Assembly: GCA_013239625.1 (NCBI GenBank)
Contig: MU053994.1
Location: 4,383,434 to 4,447,433, forward strand
Source of the DNA: Lama guanicoe
Taxonomy: Eukaryota
Reading direction: 5' to 3'
Length of the DNA stretch: 64,000 bases
The position numbers were made by a program, and so were the translations under genes. This document shows positions 1-12,599 of this stretch, one piece after another (position 1 is the first letter of the stretch; every line of letters starts with the position of its first letter). The notes beneath the pieces were generated by a model. That model was given only the letters and a program-made list of their open reading frames with translations, ran no database searches and was not told the DNA's origin.

Positions 1-459
1 AGGACTGTGATGGAACAAAACAATACAAACACCACTTCATTACGCCACAATGGGACCTAAACAGAGCTAAGAACAGAATCATTAGGCAGAGAATCACCAA
101 ACACCACTACACCCCACCTTCTCGGTTAACATGACTGACAACTGCTTCTTCACTGAATACTCTAACCCCATTTTCCCTCTCCTACCTCCTAGATGAAAAT
201 TAAGGGAGTCAGTTTATCAAACTGCCCCAGATTCCTAACAGCAGTCAATTCAAAACAGACCCTTCCCTCCTAAACCTTCCCACCAAGAAAACCTAAAGCC
301 TCAATCCTAGAATAAGCAACTCCCTTCCCCGTACTCATTTCCTCTTTCAGAGACTCTCCACTGTTTGCATGGTGTGCATTCTCCCTTGCTGCAATAATAA
401 TAACCCTCACTTTACGGACTAAAAGTGGTCCTGGTGATCTTTGGTTGGTGGATATAACA
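1..459 (+). mobile_element. ERV1-class solo LTR, 3' part (MER34/MER39-like), cut by the window start
   Basis: ctcggttaacatgactgacaactgcttct...cctagatgaaaatt resembles the recalled MER34/39 consensus; AATAA-type signal near 393; ends ...tataaCA at about 459. Confidence 0.6.
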
Positions 460-1734
460 GGGAAAAACTTGGAAAGTGGTTTTCTGAGCTGCGGAAAGTG
501 GGAGACCTCTCTTATGTCTTCCATTCTACTACCCCCTGAAGACCTTCCACTTTGGAAGCCACTGAGGCAGATAATCTCTAGAACGGCTAAAATCCATATT
601 TTCATGGCGTTGATGATGATAATCTCAGTCCCTGGAAGTAATAATAGCCTTTACCCAGCTTTTGAATCGAGACAGTCTCTTGAAAGAACTGGAATGTTTG
701 TTTTAACATTAGTGTTGGGTCTGAGAATGTGATCAACACAGTTAACAGAGAGGCTGTTATTTATATAGAAAAATCATTTTGACGTCTCTTTAGAAGTTTA
801 ATATTTTTCCCAGTGCTCTCAATTTCCCTCTACACTTGGTCTGTGGCATTGGCGAGAGGAATTCCATTTTTGCTGACTTAAAAGAGATTGATCCATGAAT
901 GTGCTTTCCTTAGCTTCCTGCTGATAAATGCTTTCCCCCTGCTATTTTTCTGAGTTATTTCTGTCCCTGGATTCTCATCTTGAATAAGCAGACAGGGAAT
1001 TGATATGAAGAACAGACTTGAATATTTGGGATGTTTTCCAGAATGCACTGGCCAATGATGGAAGGCTGTGACGGAGCAAAGAAAATTTGATTTGTGAGAG
1101 TTATTTTTAGAATTTTAAATACACCCAAATGTCAAACTTAGTTTTTTGAAAGGTGAGAGCGAGTATGTATAAACTTCTTTTTGAATCCTACTAAAATCCT
1201 TAAAAAATTTGCTATCTGTCATCTAATCTATATTGTCTCATTGAAGAGTTCTAGGAAGGAATTTTCACATCATTTTTTGTTGTTTAAATATGTATAATAG
1301 ATAGCACAGTGAGAGAACTCCGAGACTAAAAGAATATTGAAGCTGTAAGAGTAGATTTTCATTTGTGACTGTAATTCTTTGCTTTTAGGAAAAGTGAGGT
1401 GGGCAGGAGGAGCAGCAGTGGTAAGAGCAGAAGAGAGAAACCATCCTCCCATATTACGCTCATCCATCCAAGCATGGCCTATATTTTAGGACTGGGGCTC
1501 AGTTGGGAAGAGATGATCATGGAGCAAAGTCTAGAGCCTGGTGATGTGGACACAGTGAAGCAAGAGTCCAGCAGAGAAGGAAAATTTAACTTTAATACAC
1601 TGCTAGGAACTTTTAAAAGAAAGTGCTCTTCCATCGCTTTTCAATCTTTTAAAAGACTTTTCAAATTTATTATCTCATTGGAAATCTGGAAAACTGCAGG
1701 GAAGTAAGTAAGGCTGGTAAAACTATAAAATGTG

Positions 1735-1975
1735 AATGTAGTTAGGACCCAGGACACTGTAGTCAGGGGCCAAGATTCTTATCTTAGTGAAGCCACTTGC
1801 CAAATACTAACCTTGGACAATTTATGAAACCTCTCTAAACCATAATTTTCTGAAAAATAGTACCTAAGTCAAATGAGACCTGTGAGGATTACATAAGAAA
1901 ATGAATGAAAAACTCTTAGCATAGGCCCTGCCACACTGTAGGCCCAGTATACAGATTAGCTGGCACTATTACTGC
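1735..1975 (+). mobile_element. MIR SINE
   Basis: ccttggacaatttatgaaacctctctaaac...gtgaggattacataagaaaatgaatgaaaaactcttagcatag matches the MIR core and 3' region. Confidence 0.75.
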
Positions 1976-2029
1976 TGTCATTATGGTCTAGCACTGAACA
2001 TTCTTTTTATTTTATTTTTATTTATACCT

Positions 2030-3045
2030 CCCCAGAAGGAGCAACTCAATTCTTTTATCTAAGAATTGGTTCTTTATTTTTAGTATTCATTTTCATATTT
2101 CTGAATAGCATACCATGCTGCTGTCTATTAATTTTTCCATTTTCAAATATTATATATTAATTTCTTGTGATAAAATCTTAGCATTTTGTATTCTTATACT
2201 TCCCCACGTAAACTGCTCTTTCTGTGCCTCTCCCTCTTCTTCTAACAGTTATATGACATTTTTGGCTAACTGAATATTCAGAGCTTATATTATCATAAGC
2301 TAAATATGTATTATTCAGAGTTAAACCACTTGTATGTGATAATTATCTTTCCTTCCTTGTACACCTTTGTTTTTCCTGGAAATTAGTATAATTAGCACAT
2401 TTTCTCATTTGCTTAGTTTTCTATTTTCCTATCAACAATTCCTTCCACACTCACCAATAAAGATGTGAAATTCCTCTCAATTCAGCCAAATATATCAGTT
2501 CATTTCTCTGAGGGGGTAGTGGGAAGAGAGATTCACTTAGATATCTCTTTCTTTTAGAATAAATTGGAAGTGTGCTCTTCTGCCATGCTATTTTTGCCAT
2601 CATCTTAAATGTCCCTCTCTCCATAATCCTGGAAATGTCCTTCGTTTTTGCTATGTTTATTCCTTTGGTATTTGGACACCAATTTTTTTTTTCTTTCTTG
2701 GTTTATTCACTCATTTGGCACGCCTTCTAGGAGATTTCTTGGAAAGATGCACAGGAACTGTTTTGGGGACCTTCAATGCCCAACATGTTATTAATTTTAT
2801 CTTTAATTTCGATTGATAATTTGGATAGAACTGTAAGAACCCCAACTTGGAAATCATTTTCTCTTCAGAATTTAGAGTAAATTGCTCAAAGACTTTTAGT
2901 TTCTACTTTCACTCTTGAGAAATCTAATGTCATTTTGATCCAAGTTCTTTATGTTGGCATACAATCTACTTTTATTTTTACTCTGAAAGTTTTAAAGATG
3001 GTCTTTGTGCCCACAGTATTGAAAAATTTAATAGTTTTAATAATT
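2030..3045 (-). mobile_element. Ancient LINE-1 remnant (L1ME/HAL1-type ORF1 region)
   Basis: ttggaaatcattttctcttcagaattt...ttgagaaatctaatgtcattttgatcc matches the antisense of the old L1ME/HAL1 ORF1 region; boundaries approximate. Confidence 0.55.
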
Positions 3046-3059
3046 TTGAATAAATAATA

Positions 3060-6010
3060 ATACATAAATAAATATAATAATATTTTAGGACAGCTATTTT
3101 TCTATCAGAAACATTTAATGCTATAAATTTCTCTCTAAACATAGCTTTAGCTGGATCCCATAACGTTTTATACATTTCACTTTCATAGTAACTCAATTCA
3201 AAATATTTTATAATTTCAGAGTTTATATTATCATAAGCTAACTATGTATTACTGAGTTAAACCACTTGTATGTGATAATTATCTTTCCTTCCTTGTACAC
3301 CTTTGTTTATCCAGAGACTTACTCTTTGACCCACAGATTATTTAGAATTATATTCTTTAATTTCCAAGTGTTTGGAGATATGCTTGTTAGCCTTCTATTA
3401 CTAATCACTTGCGCATTTTTCTTCTAAAACAGAAAACAAATTATAATTCTCAAAAATCACAAATATCTTTTTCAAAGAACTATACAAGGCAGCTAAACTT
3501 TATTCACAAAAGCCCCAAGTTGCAGTTCCATTCCTGAAGTAGGTAAAATACATGGTGTCCCCATGTATTTTACTAATTTGTGTTGCACGTCTTGCCATTG
3601 CGAGCATCACTTCTTCCCTATCCACATACAAAAAAAAAAAATCATCGTGGAGACATATATTATAGACAAAGACCACACTTGGTAGGAGTTTGATTGTTTT
3701 ACATTTGTTAAGGTCTGTTTTATGCTCCAAGATATAATTTATCTCGGTGAATATTCCATGTGCACTTGAAACACACGTGTATTATGTTTGGGTGGAATGT
3801 TGAGTGAAATGTTCTCGAAATGCCAGTTAGATCCAGTCAGTTGAAGGTTTTGCTCAATCTCTTTGTTGATTCTCTGTTTACTACTTCTATTACTAAAAAG
3901 AATGTTAAAATTTTCAACTGTAACTGTGTATTTTTTACTATTTCTTTTGGTTCTGTAAATTTTTACTTCATGTATTTTGAAGTGTGTATTCTTTTAAGTG
4001 AGTACATACTCGGGATTGTGTCTTCCTTGCAAATCTACACTTGTATCAATTATAATATCTCTATTTTGGGTATCTTTCTTTGTGCTAAAGTCTACTTTGT
4101 CTGATATTAATATAGTCTGTTTTTTTGTAAAACTAGTGTTTGCATTGATATATCTTTCCCCATCCCTTAACTTTTAACCTACTGTATCATTATATTTGAA
4201 ATGAGTTTCTTGTAAACAGCATATGGGTCTCTTTAAGAATCCAGCTCCAAAATCTTTATCTTTTAATGAATATGTTTAGATCATTTACATTGAATCTAAT
4301 TATTGATATGTTTGGATTTAGGTCCACCATTTTATAATTTTTCTGTTTGTCTTCTCTGGTTCTTCTTTTCCTACCCTTTTTACAAGTTATTTAATCAATT
4401 TTTAGTATTCCATTGCAATTTATCTATTGTGATTTTGACTACATTTCTTTGTATAATGTATATAGTGGTTGCTCTAGGGAGTATAATATACATACTTAAC
4501 TTTTCACAGTCTACTTAGAATCAATGCTTTACAACTTTAATAGAACTTAGAAACCTTACTTCCATGTAGGTTTCTTTATCTCTTCCCTGAATAATATAGT
4601 ATATATATTACACCTACATACATTGACAACTCCATCAGACAATGATATAGTTTTTGCTTACAACTGTTAAACATGCTTTAAAGAACTCAAGAAGAGATAG
4701 TCTACTATTTTAATCCAAATATTTACCATTTCTATTGCTTTCCATTATTCCTGATGTTCTGTGTTTCCCTCCATTCTGTCTGTAGAATTTTCTTTAGAAA
4801 TTATTACAGGGTAGATCTGAACACATTCCAATTTTTCTTCATCTGAGAATATCTGAATTTCACTTCTATATCTATAGAATATTTTTATTGGATATAGAAT
4901 TCTGGGTTGGCAGCTATTTATTTCACTGCTTGAAAAATGTTGTGCCACTTCTTGCTTCAATGGTTTCAGATGAGAAATCCACAGTTATTTGCATTATTAT
5001 TCTATAAATAATGTGTCCTTTTCCTCTGGCTGCTTTGAAGATATTTGTCATTGTCTTTAGTTGTCATCACTTTTATTATGCTATATCTGGGCATGGATTT
5101 CTTTGGGTTTATCCTATCTTAGGACCACTCAGCTTCTTGAATATTTGGTCTTTGGAAGTTTTCAGTCATCATGTATTTCAATTTTTTCAACATCTTACTC
5201 CTTTTCTTCTCTTGTGGGACCACGATGATATCAAGGTTAAGCTCTTCTGTTGTTGCCCCATAGTCTCTGGTTCTGTTCATTTTTTTTTCTGTATTTTTTC
5301 TCTCTGCTGTCTAGATTAGGTAATTTCTATTGATTTACCTTCAAGTTCACTGACTCCTGTTATTTCCATTTCACTATTGTGTCTACCCAATGATTTCTTT
5401 TCAATTTCAGCTATATTTTTCCATCTGAAAATTTTTATTTTGTTATTTATATCTTGTCTTTCTTTGTTGATACTTTCAATTTTAATCTTTAAGTGTCCAT
5501 GATTGCACATTTAAGCATTTTTAAAGTGCATTCTTCAAAGTCCTTGTCAGACCATCTTGATATCTTTGCCATTCAGTATTGGCACCTGTCATCTTTTCCC
5601 ATGTAAGTTGAGATTTTAATGATTCTGTATATGTCACATAATGTTGGGATGTATCCTGACCATTTTGAATATTAGATCATGAACTGAGTCTTGCTTGTAT
5701 TCTATGGAGAAAATACATACACATATATTTATATATATGTTTTAGCAGGCACTTTACTTACTTAGATCCAAGCTGCAACCTCTAACACATGTTCTGTGGA
5801 CTATGGTTTCAATATCAGTTTAGTTTTCAAAGACTTTGCAGTACTATCTCAATCTGTTCTGCATGTGCACCACCCAGTAGTCAGTCTGGGACCTGCACAA
5901 AGGTCTGTCTGTTAGCTCTCAATGTTTTTGCCATACTAACTATAAAGAGATCTATTTGTGCACAGCTGAGGGATAGGTGAGCCAAAATTCATAAACAGCC
6001 TTATAGGACT
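3060..6010 (-). mobile_element. Old LINE-1 remnant (5' region, ORF1 and ORF2 endonuclease region), interrupted at about 3215-3312 and 3405-3665
   Basis: Minus-strand ORF fragments: QPRILYPIKIFYRYRSEIQIFSDEEKL (ORF1p C-terminus), EHKTDLNKCKTIKLL and YKTLWDPAKAMFREKFIALN (ORF2p endonuclease and linker). Confidence 0.85.
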
Positions 6011-6129
6011 GCTTCAATATCCTGCAAAATATAAGCTTGCCTGATAGTGATCTGGAAGCTGGGTGACAGAGAGGCTGGGACGCTGCGGTTTTAAATGTTG
6101 TTAATAAATACACTGACTAGAAGAAAAGA

Positions 6130-6960
6130 GTGGGAAAATTACATGAACAAAACATTCACAAAAGAGTGAAAAATAACATAAATAAATGAATAGATTCTCA
6201 ACCTCACAAATTATAGAAAATGTATAGTAACAAAATGAGATATCATTTTCACTCCAATATTATTAGAAAATATTCAAAGTCTGACAATATCAAAGGTTCG
6301 TATTAATGTAGAACAATAGAAACTGGTGGAAGTGTCATTATACCATCACTTGCAGAAAAAGACTTGGTAATATCTAGTAAAGCTGAACACACATTATAAT
6401 GCGACATATGCACCCTTAGGTATTTGCCTTGGAGAGATTCTAGTTCATATATAAAAGGAGAAGTATACAAAAATTTATTAGAAGAAATCTTTATAATAAG
6501 CAAAAAATGTGAAACAACCTAAATGCCCACTGAATAAACAAAATATGTCCTATTTATATAATCGAATATTATACAGCAGTGAGAATGAATAAATTCAAAC
6601 TATAAGCATCAGCGTGAAAGAGTAAAATATGAATGAGAAAGGGAAAGTAAATTTCAGAAGTATAAATACAACATATAATTTTCCCATGAAACCTTTTTCA
6701 TAAAGTTTAAAAATATATAAACAATACTATATATTACTTATATACGTACTTCTAAATAATTATTAATATAGCTCTATAACTTCTTATATACATATTATAT
6801 ATATATATAAAGGGAAGATTTCATATATATGTGTGTGTTTGTGCTTGTGTGTATTTTTTGTGTGTGTAAATGTATATATTCATCAATTGTATTAACGATG
6901 TTTGATTTCTTAGGTTGAATGGTGGGTACGTCATTGGTTTTATTACCCTTTATACATAAA
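6130..6960 (+). mobile_element. Old LINE-1 3' end (L1ME-type)
   Basis: aaatgagatatcattttcac...gaaacaacctaaatgcccac...ttatacagcagtgagaatgaat matches the L1 ORF2 end and 3'UTR. Confidence 0.7.
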
Positions 6961-7279
6961 AAAAAAATGGCAAAAGCCAAGAGCTTAAAGTTTGTACGTG
7001 TCTTTTGTCATTTCAGCAAATCTGCTTATGAGGCAAGGACCAACCAAAACAGTTCCCAGACATCTTTTACTGTGGCCCCTCCTCCCTTTCTTTCCACCAT
7101 GTACACTGCAGGCCTGCACATTGGCATATCAGGTGTTATTCAGATATACCTTAGGTTTTACTACATTTCTGCTTTTTCTAGGATTTTCCCCTCTATGTGG
7201 AATGGCCCACCCTGCACATATACCAAAATATTATCTTTAAGACATACCTCAATCCTACTACGAGAAGCTAACCTCAACA

Positions 7280-7483
7280 CAATAATATTGTGGAACCACC
7301 TTGTACCAGCTTGCCAAAGCCAATTCCCACATTTTCAGAAATTGTTGAGTCAGCTGACATCACATTGGTTGCTTGAAATTGGCCATGGTGAAGATATTTC
7401 TACTGTGGAAATTGGCAAATGGTACAAATCAAGGCTTTTATCCCCAGAGGGTCAGTTGTTAAACATTTACCAGTATACCACTG
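7280..7483 (+). mobile_element. MER63-like hAT (Blackjack) MITE
   Basis: ttgaaattggccatggtg...ggaaattggcaaatggtacaaatcaaggc...gttgttaaacatttaccagtataccactg matches the recalled MER63A consensus including the right TIR. Confidence 0.8.
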
Positions 7484-7579
7484 CCAACTTCTCCTGATGG
7501 AATTTATTCCTCCTCCCCCTATACTCTCTTGGCAGTCTATAGTGCTCGTTGCTGTTTACCTTGCATTTTAGTGTTTAAT

Positions 7580-7717
7580 AAATGTGTCTGTCTCTCCCAT
7601 GTCACTGTTAGCTATTCTAGGGCAGAGAGGAGGTCTTATTCATCCTTACATCTCCCACAATGCCTAGCAGAGTTTCTTCAATATGACAGGTACTCAATAA
7701 TTTGAATGATCTGAATG
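7580..7717 (+). mobile_element. L2 LINE 3' end
   Basis: gggcagagaggaggtcttattcatc...tgcctagca...aggtactcaataatttgaatg is the typical L2 terminus. Confidence 0.7.
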
Positions 7718-8968
7718 CAAAAAAAAAAAAAAGATTCAAATTTCCCCCTTATCCAACCAGGAGAGAACTGGGGATGTACACTGATCCTGCAGGAGGTATG
7801 GCAAGTCATGTGGCCATGAGAGGATTTAGATAATACGCTTACAGGAAAGGGGAAAAACAATTTTTAAAAATAACACAGATTATAGTGCTTTTACACTTAT
7901 ACTTTTTCTTAATCCTAATAATCATTGAATTTCAACTATCAAAGGAACATATTTTTGTTCTTACAAAATGTACTTTTCTACTTGTACCGATCAAATATGA
8001 AACTTGGATTCTTTTGAACTTCTTACAGTTTGAAACAATGGAAATTGTTAAACATTTTACAGAGTTTGAAAAAAATAGAACTTAAAAAAAATCTAAAACA
8101 AAATAGTTATAATTGAGAGAGTTTGAGAATGAAAACATGTGAGAATTACTTTCCTACACAGCAGTGTAGCAGTCTATACAACCTAAAAAACAAACAAAAC
8201 AACCCCCCCCAATCCTACTAAATATAATCTTAAAATCTGTTACAGAAAGCATTTAATTATTTGTAATGATTAACGGGCCTTCAAATTAGTAACTATCACT
8301 TAAAGCTAAAAATGAAATTAAAGCAGAAACTCAGAGAGGTGAAGGAACAATTAATCCACTGTTGATCTGGAGAGCATTTGCCAAACCAGATAAACTTGAG
8401 TTTAAAATGTCCTGGCCTCAGAGGCATGTGGGATAGGATACAAAGCTCTGAGCCCACCCAGAGCAAAGAGTCTAATAGGAGGGCATCCATATGTCTACAT
8501 ATGTGCATATGCTGGAACCCCACAGGCTATACCTTCAAAATAAGAGTAAATTAGACACCTCTTCCCAAAGGAGGCTAAAAGAATGTGCTTATATTAAAAT
8601 CTGGTAATGAATGAAGGGGGAAAACATCTAAGAGAATATATGTAACAACAGGTTATTCCTTATGCAGATTGCAGCTGGAATTCACACAATCTGGATGATC
8701 TGATAAAACTTAAGGAGATTTAGTAAAGTGGTCCTAAGTTAAAAATAAACATGCCTCAGGTAATTGACAGAAATAAATGCAAATCTCCTTTGAACAAACT
8801 GAGTTTCAATCATTACCTCAAAGAAGTCTCTTAAATCAAGTTCCCCTAAATATGATCTCACAGTCAAAAGGAGTAAAACATCAAACATGGTAAGTGCAAA
8901 GCAGCAAAAACAATAGAGCAGAGAATCAGATCCAGAATGATACAGATGTTGAATTAGAAACACCATGG

Positions 8969-9163
8969 TAGGGGAGGGTATAGTGGTACAGCACATGGTT
9001 AGCATGTGCAAGGTACTGGGTGCAATCCTCAGTACCTCCTCTAAAAGTAAGTAAATAAATAAATAAGCTTAATTATCTCCCTCCCCCCAAAAAAAAACTT
9101 CTAAAAATTTTTAGAAATTAAAAAAAATAAAATAAAGACTGTAAAAATAATAATAATAAAAAA
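8969..9163 (+). mobile_element. Camelid tRNA-Ala-derived SINE (vic-1 type)
   Basis: tRNA-Ala-like head, (AAAT)n and A-rich tail; 13-bp TSD agaaacacc(a/g)tgg at 8956-8968 and 9164-9176. Confidence 0.9.
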
Positions 9164-10592
9164 AGAAACACCGTGGGCTTTTTAAATAGGTTCAATACTT
9201 TTAAAGACATAAAAGAAGGTGTTAAAATATAAATACAGAATGACAAACTATGCAAATGAGCAAGCAGATCTGAAAAAAAAGCATTTCAAAGTGACAGAAA
9301 TATAATTCAATTTTTTAAAAAATCTCAATAAATGGATGCAATAGCAGATTATAAATAGCTGATAAGAAAAAATATAAAACAGAATCTAGATCTAATGAAA
9401 TTACTAATATCTCTTTAAAACAAATCCAAGGAGAAACTGAAAGACTGAACAGTCCTATAATCATTAAATATTTTGAATCGGTAGCTAAAATGTTTATCAC
9501 AACAGTTAAATTCTTTTCAAGGTTGATTCCAAACACATGTGGAATTTTTTTTTTAATTTACCATGTGCTGATATATAAAGTAAGTCTCAAGCCCAAAAGA
9601 TTCCATAGACTATCTTCACTGACCACAAAACAATTAAGTTAGAAATCAATGTTATAAAGACAATTTTTAAAATCGAAGTGTTATAGAATTTAGAAATACA
9701 CTACAAAATATAACACAGGTCAAAGAAGAAATAATAATAAAAATTAGAAAATATTTATAATGAATGATAATTACAGAAGTTTACATTAAATTATGTGGGA
9801 TACAGTTATAGCAGAACATGCAGGGAGATTTTAAGCCTTAAATACTTAAATTGATCTATAGATGCAATAAAACTCCAGTCAAATATCAAAATGATTTTTT
9901 TAGAAACTTGACAAACTGAGTCTAAAAAATATATGTGGAATTTTATATTGCCAAGAATATCCAAGACTTCTGAAAAAGAAGTTGAGGGCCTTGCCTTACC
10001 TGAAATCAAGAGAGATTATTAAACTATATTAGTAAGACAATGAAGTATTGGCCTAGTGATAGACAAAGTGACCAATGGACAAAAATAGAAGTCCCAGAAA
10101 GCATCTAAGGCAACTTGGTATATGACAAAGCTTTTAGTGAAAATCAGTGCAAAAGGGAGAGAGAGTTCAATAAATGGTGATGTGACATTTCATTCTCTAA
10201 ATGGAAAAAAAAATTATATAGGATTCCTATCTCACAGCAAACACAACAAGCAATCAAGCTGAATTTAGGACTTAACTGTGAAGAGTGACTAAGAATACTT
10301 TTAGATGAAAATATAAGAGACTATCTTTCTGAGTTTTGTTAAGGGGGGAATTTTAAAGACACAAAAATGTAAATAATAAAGGTAAATATCGATAAATTTG
10401 ACTGTGTTAACTTGACACTTTCTAGAGACAGTTTAAAAGAATGAAATAAAGCTACAAATTGAGAAAAGATACTTGAAGCAAATATGAGTGATATAAAACT
10501 GGTATCTAGATTATATAAAGAACTCCTACAAATCAAGAATGAAAAGTATCCCAATTTAAAAAAAAAAAAAGAAAAATTTTAAAGAGGAACTT

Positions 10593-10717
10593 GGGGGAGA
10601 GTATAGCTCATTGTTAGAGTGAATGCCTAGCATGCATGTGGTCCTAGATCCAATCCCCAGTACCTCCATTAAACAAACAAACAAACCTAATTACCGTCCC
10701 AAAATTTTTTTAAAAAA
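10593..10717 (+). mobile_element. Camelid tRNA-Ala-derived SINE (vic-1 type)
   Basis: gggggagagtatagctca...ccagtacctccatt(aaac)n; perfect 13-bp TSD taaagaggaactt at 10580-10592 and 10718-10730. Confidence 0.9.
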
Positions 10718-12599
10718 TAAAGAGGAACTTAATAGAAGAGGAAATACAAGTGACCATTAATAACATGAGATAGCAATCAATTTATCAGTAACTGGGGAAC
10801 AGCAAACTCAAACTACAAAGAAATACATACCATTGTACACTGACCAGCTGGCAAAATTTAAAGATGTTGACAATATCATACACTGACTGGTTGTGGGGGA
10901 GGAATATAATACAATTTTACAACTACTTTGGAAACAAATTTATCAGCATTTTGTAAGGTAAAATGTGCATACCCTGTGGGCCAGAAATTGATTACTTTAA
11001 GTATATGTCCTAGAGAAATTATGCACATATATCTCATGATGCATTTACAAAAATGTTTATGTTGTACTGAGCATTGTTTATAACGTCAAAACAGTGAAAC
11101 CCCCTACGTGGAGATCAACAGCAGGATGGAAAAATGGCATTGTGGCCTATTCATAATATGGAATAATGCTTAGCAGTGGAAATGGATGAAATGCAGTGGC
11201 AGGGAACAACATACATGAATCTCTAGAACATAATGCCTGCCAAAAAAAAAAAAAGTTGCAGAGTAGTGTATATAGTATGTTTCAAAGCATACAGTTTAAA
11301 ATCATGTGACATTTGAATATTTTGAATCCTTTATTTGAATAAAGAATTTCTTTATTTGAATTCTTTATTTGAATAAAGAATTTTATTTTCAGGACTATAA
11401 ATATATGTGATTAAATATTGAAAAAATCAATGAGTTACTTCTGAGTGGGGAGGCAGTGGGGTTGAGAACAGAGTGGTTTTCACAAAGGATTGCATAGATA
11501 ATATTCTTGGTAAACTGGTTGAGGGGGCAACATGGGGCAAACTGGTTGAGGGGGCAAAAATTCCTTGTATTACTGTTTTTCTCTTACATGTATTTTATAA
11601 GCATTCTTCTGTATCTACTCAATATTTAATACAACAATGCTAACAAAAAAGAGGAGCATGAGCATGAGTGTGCATTTCTGTGTTTACATAAGCAGATTGC
11701 TTGAGCTGACCTAGTAAGTAGAGTAGGAGTAAGTTCTCCTCAGTGGACTGTGCCTGAGATTTAAAACTTATGAGTACTATGTTGGCCCAGGCATTATTGT
11801 CTCCATATTTACCTTAGAAGATGCAAAAGTCCACAGGGTAGGTAATTCCTGGAATCTTATTTACAAGGTCAAAATGACTTAAAGAAATCAGCATGCATTC
11901 AACCCTAATTTTTGTTTCTTGCCTCATAGATCAATAGAAAGTAACTAGACATTGGTATGTTACCAAGGTTCTGCAGCTTTGGAGGAGAAAGTGCTGAAGG
12001 CTCACAAAGAGAACTGTATTTTTTATTCTGGGGAGAAAATTTATGAACTATTGAAATGGTTCTCTTCCTCAAACAGCTACCTTTTGCTCATTATGGTAGT
12101 TCATTCTTATTCTTACTGAATTTCTCATTTTTTTCTCGTCATCTAACACATGTACTATTGAAAAATGTTGGGAAAGAAACCCATTCGCCTGAATGTTGAC
12201 AGTTTTAAAATCAGTAAGAAACATAGCAATATATGGATTCGGATTTGAATAATTACTATTTACAAATCTCCTTCTCCATGTTTGTACTATGCCTTGATAC
12301 AAAATTCAATTCTTTACTGCCAAAACTGGCACTAGAGAGAGAAAAAATATGTGTGTTAAAGTCATTCCAAATATTGAGACAGAGTAGTATTACCTCTGCC
12401 AAATTGAGGTATAATCTGAACGTTTGGGTTTTAAAATATTAATACATACTTAAAGTACATATCGAAGTATAATATATACTCCATTTGGATTCTGAATCAA
12501 TATTGACAATTTCAAGTATTTAACATGTTTACTAATACTCAGGAAAATAAAGGATAATTAATGTAAATACAAACAAAGCTTGGGTATATTCTTTTACAT

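Larger units (their letters stand above)
8290..11650 (+). mobile_element. Old, heavily deleted LINE-1 (L1M-type) carrying two SINE insertions
   Basis: Collinear degenerate L1 segments: gaccacaaaacaattaagttagaaatcaat (endonuclease), aagtattggcctagtgatagacaaagtgaccaatggac (C-terminal region) and a 3'UTR-like end near 11640. Confidence 0.7.

Noticed and set aside
6919..7497. 192-aa plus-strand ORF
   Set aside because: Runs across an L1 end, unique DNA and a MER63 MITE, and has no recognisable domain.
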